A stretch of DNA of 64,000 nucleotides from Ranitomeya imitator (GCF_032444005.1 NC_091283.1:782440001-782504000), one strand, 5' to 3'; positions 1-13,031 are shown, counted from the first letter of the stretch. Notes: generated by a model not told the origin, from the sequence alone. Program-made: numbers and translations.

Positions 1-2561
1 GAAACACAGTTTTCCATTCATCACCCTGCTTAATACGAACAAGATTATATGCCCCCCGAAAGCCAATCTTCGTAAACCAACTAGCCCCCTTAATCCTAGC
101 AAACAAATCGGTAAGCAAAGGTAAAGGGTATTGAAACTTGACCGTGATCTTATTCAAGAGGCGATAATCAATACAGGGTCTCAAGGAGATATCCTTCTTA
201 GCAACAACAAAAAAATCCCGCTCCCAACGGTGAAGAAGATGGCCGAATATGCCCTTTCTCCAAAGACTCCTTAACATAACTCCGCATAGCGGTATGTTCA
301 GGCACAGACAGATTGAAAAGTCAACCCTTAGGAAACTTACAGCCTGGAATCAAATCAATCGCACAATCGCAGTCCCTGTGCGGTGGAAGGGAACTGGACT
401 TGGGCTCATCGAATACATCCTGAAAATCAGACAAAAACTCTGGAATTTCAGAAGAGGAAGAAGAGGAGATTGACATCAAAGGAACATCATTATGAACCCC
501 CTGACAACCCCAACTAGTCACAGACATAGACTTCCAATCCAACACAGGATTATGTACCTGCAACCACGGAAAACCCAGCACGATAGCATCATGCAAATTA
601 TGCAACACCAGAAATCGACAATCTTCCTGATGGGCTGGTGCCATGCGCATGGTCACCTGTGTCCAAAACTGGGGCTTATTTTTAGCCAAGGGTGTAGCAT
701 CAATGCCCCTTAAAGGAATAGGGTTCTGCAAAGGCTGCAAGGGAAAACCACAATGCCTGGCAAACTCAAAGTCCATTAAGTTCAAGGCGGCACCTGAATC
801 CACAAACGCCATGACAGAAAATGATGACAATGAGCAGATCAAGGACACAGATAACAGAAATTTAGGTTGTACCGTACTGATGGTAAATGAACTAGCGATC
901 CTCTTTGTCCGCTTAGGGCAGACTGAAATGACATGAGAAGCGTCGTCACAATAATAACACAACCTATTCTTACATCTGAATCCTTGTCGTTCCGTTCTAG
1001 ACAGAATCCTATCACACTGCATTGGCTGTTGTGAATTCTGCTCTTGGGCTCCCTCCGGTAGTTATGAGTGGTAGTGCTGCTGTCTGTGGATCGCAGCATC
1101 TATCAGGTGTGTTAACTTTTGCAATTTAACTCAGCTATTTAGTCCTGCTTGATCCTTTAGTCAGTGCCAGTTGTCCATTTTTTTTGGAGGATTCAAATCC
1201 CTTTCTGGTCTCTCCTGTTTGCTGTGCTTTTCTTCAAAGATAAGTCCTGGCTTTGTTTCTGCTGTCCACATCCGGTGGGCCTTATAGTTCTGTGCATTTT
1301 CATGTATTATCTTGTCCAGCTTGTCTGTGAAAGGATTTTTTGCAGCCAAGCGGTATCTCTGGAGATGCAGATATATCCTCCATGTCTTTAGTCAGATGTG
1401 GAGTTTTGTATTTTCTGTGGTGGATATTTTCTAGTGTTTTAATACTGAACGCATAGTTCTCTGTACTATACTTTCTATTTAGCTAGTATGGCTTCCTCTG
1501 CTAAATTCTGATTTCAGTCTGCGTATGTCATTTTCCTCTCCTCTCACAGTCAATATTTGTGGGGGGCTGTCTTTCCTTTGGGGATTTTCTCTGAGGCAAG
1601 ATAGTTTTCCGTTTCTATCTTTAGGGGTATTTAGTCCTCAGGCTGTGTCGAGGTGTCTAGGGAGCGTTAGGTACATCCCACGGCTACATCTAGTTGTGTT
1701 GTTGAGTTCAGGGTCTGCGTTCAATACAGGTACCACCTTCTCCAGAGTACGTCTCATGCTGCTCCTAGGCCACCAGATTATAACAATTGGCTCAGGAATC
1801 TGCTCTGAGGACAACGCCACAGCGCGCACAGTTCTGCGCTCCCGCAAAGCGCGGGTCAATCTGAATGGCCAGAGACATAGAATCACTCAGACCGAAAGGC
1901 GTGGGAAACCCCACCATAATATCTTTAACGGATTCAGAAAGACCCTTTCTGAAAATTGCTGCCAAAGCATCATCATTCCATTTAGTCAACACAGACCATT
2001 TTCTAAATTTCTGACAATACAATTCTGCCGCCTCTTGACCCTGAGACAGGGCCAACAAGGTCTTCTTTGCTTGATCCACAGAATTCGGTTCATCATATAA
2101 TAATCCTAAAGCCTGAAAAAAGGAGTCTACATTAAGCAAAGCCGGATTCCCAGATTCCAGGGAAAATGCCCAATCCTGTGGATCACCACGCAGCAGGAAG
2201 ATGACGATTTTAACCTGCTGAATGAAATCACCAGAGGATCGAGGTCTCAGAGCAAAAAACAGTTTACAGTTGTTTTTAAAACTCAAAAATTTGGACCTGT
2301 CACCAAAAAACAAATCAGGAGTAGGAATCTTCGGCTCTAAAACAGGAGTCTGAACAATATAATCTGAAATACCCTGTACCCTAGCAGCAAGCTGGTCTAC
2401 ACGAGAAGCTAATTCCTGAACATCCATGCTAGCACAAGACTCCTCAGCCACCCAGAGAAAAAGAGGGAAGAGAAGATAAAGCAGACTGCAGAAAAAAAAT
2501 GGCCCAACACCTTTCTTCCCTTCTTCTGAGATGCATTTAACTCATTATTGGCCAGTTGTAC
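1..2561 (-). mobile_element. Ty3/Gypsy (Tf1/sushi, PEG10/RTL1-like) family 1 internal region: gag, protease, start of RT; continues beyond the window start
   Basis: ORF 1792-2451 is a Ty3 capsid gag (PDLFFGDRSKFLSFKNNC). ORF 321-1022 has a CYYC..H...C knuckle and protease motif AFVDSGA. It abuts the LTR at 2562 and is interrupted by a solo LTR at 1027-1785. Confidence 0.93.
1027..1785 (+). mobile_element. Family 1 solo LTR, inserted antisense into family 1 gag
   Basis: TGTTGTGAATTC...ATAACA ends; ATTGGC duplicated at 1021-1026 and 1786-1791; splits gag peptide EPM|QCDRIL. Confidence 0.93.
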
Positions 2562-3330
2562 TGTTATGATCCGGTGACCTTGGAGCTGCATGAAACTTTC
2601 TCTGGAGTAGGTGGTAACTGTACTGACCACAAATCCTGAACTAACACCGCTACTAGAAGTAGCCGTGGGATGTGCCTAACAAACCCTAGACACCTCGACA
2701 CAACCGGAGGACTAAATACCCCTATAGATGGAAATAGGAATTCTACCTTGCCTCAGAGCAGAACCCCAAAGGATAGGCAGCCCCCCATGAATATTGACTG
2801 TGAGTAGGAGAGGAAAGACACACGCAGGCAGAAAACAGGATTTAGCAAAAGAGGCTACTCTAGCTAGATAGGAAAGGATAGGACAGAATACTAAGCGGTC
2901 AGTATTAAAACCCTTCCAAAAATATCCACAGCAGATGATACAAAAAATTCCACCATCTAACTAAAGACATGGAACGTATATCTGCAACTCCTGAGAATCC
3001 AACTAGACTGAGAAAATGCTGACACAATCTAAGCTGGACAAGAAAAAACAAATGAATAGCACTGAATTATGAAGCACACAGCATGTGTGCCACAGAAACA
3101 AAACCAGACACTTATCTTTGCTGATTTGGCAGTAAGGCAGGAGGAACCAGACAGAGGTCCAACACCTCCAGCAACCATGGACAACTGGCAAGGACTAATG
3201 AATCCTGCACACCTAAATACCCCAGTCAGAACTGCAATCAGCAGATACACCTGACCAGGACTGCAACCCAGGGACAAATGCATTACCACCTACAACCACC
3301 GGAGGGAGCCCAAAAGCAGAATTCACAACA
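2562..3330 (-). mobile_element. Family 1 5' LTR
   Basis: Reverse complement of the same LTR family (TGTTATGATCC...GAATTCACAACA on +); primer-binding region at 2551-2561 lies next to it. Confidence 0.92.
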
Positions 3331-3802
3331 CACAACCTCAGCTGCGGATGTTACCGCAGTAGCTGTTCAGGCTGCTAGTGTGGCTCCAGCCACTTTGTCC
3401 ACTGCCACCCCTTTTCTGACCTTATCCCGCCGCCCTCTGCCAGATAAATTCTCTGGTGATAGCAAGCCTTGTAGGGGATTCGTGAACCAGTGTGCGATTC
3501 ACCTTGAGCTCCTGGCTGCACGTTTCCCCTCAGAGCATGCTAAAGTGGGATTCATTATTTCTCTTTTGTCAGACAGGACATTGAAGTGGGCTATGCCACT
3601 GTGGGAGCACGACAATCATATGGTGCAGAGTGCTCCGAGGTTTCTGAGCACTCTGAAACAGGTCTCTTAGGGAACCCAAGTCACCCTTGATACAGCGCTC
3701 AAACTGCTGGCATTGACACAAGATTTATCCGTCGTCAGTCATTTTTCTGTCCACTTCCAGACTTTAGCACCTGAGCTGGAGTGGCCAGATAAAGCCCTCA
3801 TC

Positions 3803-4542
3803 TGTTGTGAATTCTGCTTTTGAGCTCCCTCTGGTGTCTGGTGGTGGTAGATGATAATGCAGTTGTTCCTGGGCTGCAGTCTTGGACAGGTGTATCTGCT
3901 AATTGCAGTTCTGACTGGGGTATTTAGGCTTGCAGGACTCATTAGTCCTTGCCCGTTGTCAATGTTTTTTGGGATATGATGGATCTCTGTCTGGCTTCTC
4001 CTACTTGGCTGCCATTTCAGCAAAGATAATTGTCTGTTTCTTTTTCTGTGGCACACAGGCTGTGTGCTTGTTTTTGATTGTATTCCTGCTCTGAATGTAG
4101 GATTCGCTGGAGTTGCAGATATACGCTCCTACGTCTTTAGTTAGATGGAGGAAGTTTTTGTATATTCTGCTGTGGATATTTTTGAAGGGTTTTAATACTG
4201 ACCGCACAGAACCCTGTCCTATCCTGTCCTATTTTAGCTAGAGTGGCCTCCTGTACTAAATCTTGTTTTTCTGCCTGTGTATGTTTTTTCCTCTCCGACT
4301 CACCGCCAATATTTGCGGGGGGCTGTCTATCCTTTGGGGTTCTGCTCTGAGGCAAGATAGTATTCCTTTTCCATCTTTAGGGGTATTTAGTCCTCCGGCT
4401 GTGACGAGGTGTCTAGGATTGGTTAGGTATACTCCACGGCTACTTCTAGTTGCAGTGTTAAGATCAGGATTTGCGGTCAGTATAGTGACCACCTACTCCA
4501 GTGAAAGTTTTCATGCTGCTCCAAGGTCACCGGATCATAACA
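3803..4542 (+). mobile_element. Family 1 solo LTR inside family 2 gag
   Basis: TGTTGTGAATTC...CATAACA; TSD CTCATC at 3797-3802 and 4543-4548. Confidence 0.93.
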
Positions 4543-4869
4543 CTCATCCTTGTATTTTGGAGGGAGATGGCTGACCATGTGAAGGACACTTTGGCCACCA
4601 GGGAGATTCCCACCGCACTGGAGGAGCTGACTGTATCAACTCACATTGACCTCCGTTTTCACGAGCAGAGGTTAGAATGAGCCCAGTGTAGGCAGAGGTT
4701 TCAGCTGACTCCCAGATTTGCCAAACCTATAGGATCTCCGGTCCAGGCGGCCGAACCATATGAGAACGTTGAGATGTCATGAGCGGGGCCTAAGTCCCGG
4801 ACCTCTCGCACACTCAAGGTCTATCCGGTCTGCCAGCAGTTGGGACATTATGCCCGGAAATGTCCCCAG

Positions 4870-5645
4870 TAGTGTTGAGCGATACCGTCCGATATTTGAA
4901 AGTATCGGTATCGGATGGTATCGGCCGATATCCGAAAAATATCGGATATCGCCGATACCGATATCCGATACCAATACAAGTCAATGGGACACAAATATCA
5001 GAAGGTATCCGTAATGGTTCCCAGGGTCTGAAGGAGAGGAAACTCTCCTTCAGGTCCTGGGATCCATATTAATGTGTAAAATAAAGAATAAAAATAAAAA
5101 ATATTGATATACTTACCCTCGGACGGGCCCTGGTTGTCACCGCTGCAATCGCCATGCTTTTCTTCCTAAGAATGAGCGCTTTAATGACCTTTGATGACGT
5201 CGCGGCTTGTGATTGGTCGCTGAGCGGTCATGTGACCGCTCACATGACCAATCACAAGCCGTGACGTCATCGAAGGTCCTTAACGCGCTCATTCTTAGGA
5301 ATGAGCGCTTTAAAAATCTTCGATGACGTCAAGGCTTGTGATTGGTCGCGTGAGCGGTCACATGACCGCTCAGCGACCAATCACAAGCCGCGACGTCATC
5401 GAAGGTACTTAACAAGCTCATTCATAGGAAGGAAAACATGGCGATTGCAGCGGTGACAACCAGGTCCCGTCCGAGGGTAAGTATATCAATATTTTTATTT
5501 TTATTCTTTATTTTACACATTAATCTAAATCCCGATACCGATTCCCGATATATATAAAAAAAATATCGGAACTCGGTATCGGAATTCCGATACCGCAAAT
5601 ATCGGCCGATACCCGATACTTGCGGTATCGGAATGCTCAACACTA
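4870..5645. mobile_element. Non-autonomous hAT-type MITE
   Basis: TIRs TAGTGTTGAGC / GCTCAACACTA; 8-bp TSD GTCCCCAG (4862-4869, 5646-5653); long internal inverted repeats and CCGATA subterminal repeats. Confidence 0.9.
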
Positions 5646-6701
5646 GTCCCCAGCTGTCAGGAAAACGTCAGCATCTAGTGGTAGTAGGAGAAAGTACACT
5701 AGACACGGTGACTTTTTACTCCAAATTGTCCTTCAAGGTGACAATTGCCTTATACCCATCCACACAAACGGTAGAGCTTTGCATGGATTCTGGGGCGGAG
5801 GGCAATTTCATGTCTTCTGCATTCGCCCAACGGCACGCAATATCCCTGGTGATGCTCGCCAATCCAGTGACCATACGAGTGGTGAATGGGTCAACACTGC
5901 CCTCACAGATAACACAACAGACCATCCCATTTACTCTTTCTATGTTGCCATCCCATTAGGAGATTATCTCTTTATTCCTGAGGGAATTGATGAGGTGCTA
6001 TTAGGGATACCTTGGCTATGGTACCACTCCCCTCATATAGAGTGGTCCACAGGCAGAATTTTGGGATGGAGTGTATCTTGTGAGGGTAGATGTCAGAGGG
6101 AGTGGGTTCAGGTTGCTACTACTGAGCTACCCGCAGATCTTTCCTCTCTCCCAAGTACTATTGGCCCTATGCAGGTGTGTTCTCCAAGAGGGCTGCGGAG
6201 ACTTTTCCGCCTCACCACCCCTATAACTGTCCTATTGACCTCTTGCCTGGTGCTGAGCCTCCCCGGGGTCGAGTCTAACGTTATCTCTCCCGGAGACGGA
6301 GGCAATGTCTCAGTACATCCTGGAGAATGTAGCAAGAGGATTCATTAGGAAGTCAGTGTCATCCGCAGGAGTTGGGTTCTTCTGCGTGCAGTAGAAGAAT
6401 GGAGAGCTTCATCCATGCAGACTACAGGGGTCTTAACGCCATCACCGTTAAGAAAAAGTACCCACTGCCCCTGATATTTGAGCTCTTTGATAGGCTTCGG
6501 GGAGCAAGGGTATTTACTAAACTTGATCTGCGGGGTGCTTAGAACCTGATTCGCATCCGTGAGGGGGACGAATGGAAGACGGCTTTTAACACCAGGGATG
6601 GGCACGATGAATACCTGGTAATGCCCCAGCCGTTTTCCAAGACTTTGTGAATGATATCTTCCGGGATATGCTCTCCACCTCGGTTGTATTCTATCTAGAT
6701 G

Positions 6702-6926
6702 GCTGGACCATCATTGTAAATACATCATTGTAAATACACACCTGTACTATGTAGTTCCCCACCTCATTGTAGATTGTTAGCTCTCACGAGCAGGGTCGTC
6801 TTGTGTTGCTTTAATTATTGTATTGTTAACATTGTTACTTATGACTGTTTTGTTTGAAGCTGTTAAACTGTAAAGCGCTGCGGAATATGTTGGCGCCATA
6901 TAAATAAAGATTATTATTATTATTAT
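6702..6926 (+). mobile_element. L2 LINE 3' end fragment inserted in the Gypsy RT
   Basis: L2-type tail GTAAAGCGCTGCGGAATATGTTGGCGCCATATAAATAAAG(ATT)n; TSD TATCT(A/G)GATG at 6692-6701 and 6927-6936. Confidence 0.82.
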
Positions 6927-9104
6927 TATCTGGATGATATTCTCATCTACTCTCCAGATATAGACTCCCACCAGAGAGATGTTTGCAAAGTCTTCGACCT
7001 CCTATGGGCAAACTCCCTCCATGCCAAGTTGGAGAAGTGTGTGTTTGAGCAGGAGTCTTTGCCTTTCCTGGGCTATATCATCTCAGCCAAAGGATTGGCT
7101 ATGGATCCCGCCAAGCTACAAGCTGTGATGGACTGGCAGGAACCTCATTTTCTCAAAGTGGTGCAGCGCTTTATGGGGTTCATCAACTATTATTGCCTGT
7201 TCATTCGCCTCTTCTCAACTTTGGTAGCTCCCCTGGTTGCCCTCACCAAGAAGAGAGCTAATTCCAAATTGTGGTCGGAGGAGGTCTCTAAAGCCTTCCT
7301 CTCTATCAAGTCACAGTTTGCTGGCACTCCCATTTTACATTGCACCGATGTTGATAAACCATTTATCATGGAGGTGGATGCCTCTTCTGTCGGTACTGGA
7401 GCAGTCCTCTTCCAGAAGGATGCTCAAGGTCGGAAGCATCCTTGCTGCTTCTTCTTCTCCAAGACATTCACACCAGCAGAGAGGAATTATTCCATCAGGG
7501 ATAGGGAGTTGCTAGCCATGTAGTTGGCCTTTTCAGAGTGGAGACACCTCCTGGAGGGGGCTCGCTTTCCCAGCCAATTTTTCACCGACCACAAAAATTT
7601 GGTGTATTTGCAAACCACCCAGCGGCTAAACTCTCTCCAGGCCAGATGGTCCCTGTTTTTCTCCCGGTTCCACTTTACCCTCCATTTTCTCTCCAGGGAG
7701 AAGAACACACGTGCCAACGCTCTCTCCCGCTCCTTAGTGTCATCAGCGACGGAGGAGCCTCAGCTTATTTTCCCTTCAGAGAGCCTGAGAACTGTGGCTC
7801 CAGTTTCGCTAGAGTCTGTGCCCCCAGGCAAGACTTTCGTTCCATCTAATTTGCAACCGGAGGTTCTCTCTTGGGCTCACTCGTCCAGGGTGGGTGGACA
7901 TTTTGGGACCAAGAGGACATCTGAGCTTCTGGCGAGGATGTCCTGGTGGCCGCATATGGCCCGTGACATCGAGGACTATATTCGGGCGTGTGTCTCCTGT
8001 GCCAAGAATCGGTCTCCTCGGCAATGGCCTGCTAGACTACTTTACCCCCTGCTGGTGGCAGACAGGCCCTGGGAGATGGTCAGAATGGACTTCGTGATGA
8101 GCTTACCCAAGTCTCGCAGCTGCACCGTTATCTGGGTAGTCATCGACCATTTTTCTAAAATGGTGCACTTGGTTTCGCTTCAGCAGTTACCTTCTGTTCA
8201 TTAAACATGTTTTGCGTCTACATGGCATGCCTGACAAAATTGTCAGTGACCGGGGTCCCCAGTTTGCATCTCGGTTGTGGAGAGAGCTCTGTCGTTTACT
8301 TAGCATTGAGCTGAATCTCTCTTCTGCTTACCATCCCAAGACAAATGGGTTGGTAGAGAGGGCCACCTAGACTCTGGTCACATACCTGCGACATTTTGTC
8401 TCTGCCAAGCAGGATGACTGGGCATCTATGTTATCATGGGTAAAATTTGCTTTGAGCAACGCCGTAGCCGACTCCACCAGGCAGACCCCATTCCTCCTTA
8501 ATTACAGCCAGCATCCGAGTATCCCTGTGCCCATGCCCGCGTCATCCACCGACTTTAGGGGGCAGATTGGGCAGTGGAGGCATGCAACATTTGGGACTGC
8601 ACACAGGATGCCTTCCGGGCCTCCAAGGAGAGAATGAGAGTTTCTGCCGATGGACATCAGCGCCCCACTCCGACCTTTGCTCCTGGCGACTTTGTGTGGC
8701 TCTCCACCCGTAACATCAGGCTGCGAGTTGGGTCCACTAAGTTTGTGCCTCGCTACATAGGCCCTTTCAAGATTCAGGAACAGGTTAACCCTGTGGTCTA
8801 CCGTTTGGCTCTTCCTCCATGCTTAGTTATCACCAACACTTTTCATGTATCCTTCTTAGAGCCCATCTATATGTCCCGGTTTTCCATGTCATCTCCCGGG
8901 ACATCGGGTTCGTCCACAGACGAGTATGAGGTGAATTCTATCTTGGGGTGCAAGGTGGTACATGGCAAAAAATATTATCTGGTGGACTAGAAGGGTCATG
9001 GCCCAGAGGACAGAACCTGGGGAGCACATTCGGGCTCTGCTGCTCATTGCAGCCTTTGAACGTAGCGAGGCCCAAGGAGGAGGGGGCCATAAGAAGGGGA
9101 GTAA

Positions 9105-10072
9105 TGTTAGGTGTTGAGTTCCCACCGCTGCACAAGGGGAATCTTGAACCATGTCCGCTGCAGTCTCCCATTCTTCTCCAGCTGCAGTGGAACCTGCTCA
9201 GCGGAGACATCAATCCCAGCGTCTGGCTCAAGCTGATACTGTGCAAATGGTTACTGCTGCTTTTCCAGGCTCTGCCTTTGTAGCCAGCACTGATCAGCAG
9301 CAAGCAGGCCTTTCTGGGACTAAGTCCTGCTTTTCCCATACTGAGCATGCCCACGGGATGACCTCCCTTTGGAGGTCGGGGGTCACATGCTCAGGTCCTG
9401 TTGCGGCTCCTATTGGACCATCAGGAAGGTCCTGGAGCGCTACTGCTATAAAAGATTTGCATGGCCACTCGGCCATGCACTAGTGTAAACTGATTTACTT
9501 GTGTGTGTGTAGATGAATGCCTGTTGATGGATGAAAGCCCTGAATCATTCCCATCTCTAGTGTTGCTGCCTGCTCACGAATGGTGGAAGCTACCTAGCGC
9601 TACTCTGCACATCCTGCACACAATTCTGCATCTCTCAGCAGCGACCGCCAGTGCGGCGCCATGCGCTTAGTGCGCTTTCCGGGCCCAGGTTAGGGTGGTT
9701 AGTGGCATCCACCAGAGCGGCGTTGTACGCACTCTTGTGCTATAAATTATTATTATTAGTTCAGTTCTACCCCTGACACCACAGTAACTGTGTCAAGCAT
9801 AAGAGGTCTAGAGGAACTCTTTCCCCGTGTCTTGGGACAGAGTTCTGTGACCCTTTACTTGTGCTCTCTGTGCGGTATTGAGGCCTTGTGACAGAACAGG
9901 GTTTGCTTCCTTCATACTGGGTGAAACTAACCCGTGTGTGTATTTACATTATACCCCCATCTAGTCCTCCATTACTGAGCAGCAGGTGTCCTTTCTGCAC
10001 GGTGGGCCCCGGACTGCGAAGGCACCTCATATCCTCTCTAAATATTATTTGGTGCACTCAACCAGTCTAACA
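9105..10072 (+). mobile_element. Family 2 copy A 3' LTR
   Basis: Follows the PPT; TGTTAGG...GTCTAACA; TATAAAA at about 9447; homologous to LTR 32093-32938 in U3 and at the 3' end. Confidence 0.85.
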
Positions 10073-10199
10073 CATTGTCACAAAGTTTTAGACTGTTGTC
10101 ACACATGCAGGTGTTAAGAGAGGGTGGATTACTGCGATCGAGGGGAGTTGGTGATAACAGATAGACTGTTAAGTGAAGTGAAGGAGCAAAATCCAAGGA

Positions 10200-11880
10200 A
10201 CAAATGGAGGAGGAAGACGCGATGGGCAAGCAACTGTCAGGGGATGAAGAGTATAATGATCCTGTGATGTTCTTTGTTGGCTGGAGGGGATGGAGGAAAC
10301 AAGCATCAGTGTTACCCAGCCACCAGCATAGCATGGGCTTGTACCTCATGGAAGAGCCTTACGTATGAATGTCTTCTTGCTGCACTATCTGCAACATGAT
10401 CCCCTTATAGTTATGATTTGAAATAGTGCTGAATACTGGGTTGCCACTCTGTTAGATCCACATTATAAGACAAAATTTTGCCAGATGTTTCCCACCCTGG
10501 ATAGGGACCCGTGAATGCTGGAATTTCGAAACACACTTTTACACATCCTTAAGAAAGATTTTCCCCAAGACAGTAGCTAGGTAGACAGTGCGCATCACAG
10601 CTCTAGACTTCCAACCTCTGGCACATCAGTTCGTCAATGCCAAAACATTAGCAGCAGCAGCTGTAATGTAAGTGGCAGAAGCAATCTCTGTGAGTCCTTT
10701 GACATATTTTTTAGAACAGCTCGTGCAGCAGCACAACAAGATGAACAAGACATGGATCTCCAAATACTTTTGCACTCCAATCACAGACTGTACATACTTG
10801 CATACTTGGCAATGTTGAAGTTTTTTTAGTGTGCTGCATTGATCTTGCTTAATTTAATTTAGTGATATCTTTAGTGTGGCTTCTGTGCCTGCTGTTGCTG
10901 CTGCTGCAGATGTTAACACAAATTTGTGGAAATGTGGTCTCCATCTGGTGGGTTGGCTGCAGTGGAAGATGTATCTTTCCCTATTATACTATTTCTACTG
11001 TCGTGAAATTAATGCCGCTTTTGTGATGTCAAGCCCTCATTTTTGGAAATTTAAAGACTCCTGGTGGGGTGTCCATCTGCTGGGTTTGCTGCAGTGAAAG
11101 ATGTGTCAGTACCTATTACACCATTTCAACTCTCGTGAAATTGATGACACTTTGGTGTTGTCTGCCACTAATTTTTGGAAGTGTGAACAGTCCTGTTTGG
11201 GTTGCAATCTGCTGGGTTGGCTGTCATGGAAAAGATGTTGCTCCCCATTATACTATTTCTACTGTGCTGAAATTGATGCCACTTTGTTGGTGTCTGCCAC
11301 TAATGATTTGATATGTGAACAGTCCTGAATGTGTCTCTCCATCTGCTGGGCTGGCTGTAGTGAAAGAGGTGTTGGTCCTTATTATACTATTTCTACTGTG
11401 GTGAAATTGGTGCCACTATGTTGTTTTCTGCCAATAATATTTGGAGATGTGACCACTCCTGGTTTTATGTCTATTTGCTGGGTTGACTGTAGTGGAGGAT
11501 GTGCCGGTCCCTATTATACTATTTATACTGTAGCACAGCAGGCTTACACCGATCCCTCACCCACCCCATCTTAATTTGACGTTCAAATGCTGGCCCAGAC
11601 CCTGATACCTCATGCATGGCTGATTGCTGCCCTGTCATTCTAAAATGTTGTATTGGGACTCAATTAATGCCCTTTTTTTGGTGTCTACCCCTGATTTAAT
11701 TTATTTTGGTAGCTTTTGGGCCTGTTTTAAGGTGTGGTGTATGCATTTGCTTTTGACTCCTATTGATGACTCCAATGGCATTTGGCTATATTCAGTGAAT
11801 ATTCGACTTATAAATTGGCAAATACTGCAAATTCGGTGGTTGTAATCCAAACAGAACATTCAAATATTCTTTCATCTCTA
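10200..11880 (+). mobile_element. Degenerate hAT transposon right part (transposase relic, subterminal tandem array, TIR)
   Basis: Peptide EYWVATLLDPHYKTKFCQMF at about 10430-10490 resembles the hAT W.ATLLDPRYK motif; ends in a TCATCTCTA TIR-like sequence at 11880. Left boundary approximate. Confidence 0.62.
10900..11540. repeat. Tandem array, unit about 132 bp, about 5 diverged copies
   Basis: CCATCTGCTGGG-like anchors at 10941, 11073, 11205, 11339 and 11471. Confidence 0.85.
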
Positions 11881-11984
11881 CTCAGCACCTTTATCCACCA
11901 ACCTTTCCAATACAAGGTTTATATGCGAACTATGCCTGGTTTTCTATTCACTCACAGTTGAGGTGAGGCTGGTTTATCACATGT

Positions 11985-12390
11985 TTAACCCCTTAAAAAC
12001 AAGGGGTATTTCTGTTTTTGCTCTTCCATTTTTTGCTCCTCTTCTTTCCAAAGCCATAGCCATAACTTTTTTCTTCAATGTGGCCTTGTGAAGGGTTGTT
12101 TATTGTGGAAGGCATTTTACTTTGGAAGATACCATTGCTTTTACTACATTGTGTACTGGAAAATGGAAAAAAATTCTAATTGTGGTGAAATTGCAAATAA
12201 AACTAAACTACTTAACTAAGTGCTAAATCCGACCTGCCATTATGATTCTCCAGGTCATTACGAGTTCACAGACACCAGACATGTGTAAGTTCTTTTTTAT
12301 TTAAGTGGTGAAAAAAAAATCCTAAGTTTGTAAAAGATGGAGCTATTTTCCAAGGCCTATAGCGTCTCCATTTTTCGGGATCTGGGTCTG
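11985..12390. mobile_element. Possible piggyBac-type non-autonomous element end
   Basis: TTAACCCCTT start (TTAA followed by CCC terminus) then AT-rich subterminal sequence; other end not seen. Confidence 0.45.
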
Positions 12391-12391
12391 C

Positions 12392-13031
12392 AAAGGGGCC
12401 AGGACGACTGATCCGGGTACATGAAAGAATGAATGGGGCCATGTATCGTGAGATTTTGAGTGCAAACCTCCTTCCATCAGCAAGGCCATTGAAGATGAAA
12501 CGTGGCTGGGTCTTTCAACATGACAATGATCCAAAGCACACCGCCAGGGCAACGAAGGAGTGGCTTCGTAAGAAGCATTTCAAGGTCCTGGAGTGGCCTA
12601 GCCAGTCTCCAGATCTCAACCCTATAGAAAACCTTTGGAGGGAGTTGAAAGTCCGTGTTGCCAAGCGAAAAGCCAAAAACATCACTGCTCTAGAGGAGAT
12701 CTGCATGGAGGAATGGGCCAACATACCAACAACAGTGTGTGGCAACCTTGTGAAGACTTACAGAAAACGTTTGACCTCTGTCATTGCCAACAAAGGATAT
12801 ATTACAAAGTATTGAGATGAAATTTTGTTTCTGACCAAATACTTATTTTCCACCATAATATGCAAATAAATTGTTAAAAAAACAGACAATGTGATTTTCT
12901 GGATTTTTTTTTCTCAGTTTGTCTCCCATAGTTGAGGTCTACCTATGATGTAAATTACAGACGCCTCTCATCTTTTTAAGTGGTGGAACTTGCACTATTG
13001 CTGACTGACTAAATACTTTTTTGCCCCACTG
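12392..13031 (+). mobile_element. Tc1 transposon 3' half (DD34E transposase C-terminus and right TIR)
   Basis: ORF 12429-12815 [10 protein letters not shown]...[15 protein letters not shown]; TIR ends ...TTTGCCCCACTG followed by TA. Confidence 0.93.

Larger units (their letters stand above)
3331..9104 (+). mobile_element. Ty3/Gypsy chromovirus family 2, copy A internal region (decayed gag-PR-RT-RH-IN-chromodomain)
   Basis: gag PDKFSGDSKPCRGF (3278-3670), protease CMDSGAEGNF (5633-5959), RT/RH (7029-7523), integrase (7524-8204), chromodomain DEYEVNSILGCKVVHGKKYYLVD (about 8915-9030), PPT AAGAAGGGGAGTAA before 9105. Many stops and frameshifts. Confidence 0.93.

Noticed and set aside
321-2451. 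Domesticated PEG10/RTL1-like host gene
   Set aside because: It is flanked by an LTR, interrupted by a solo LTR and frameshifted: an ordinary retrotransposon.
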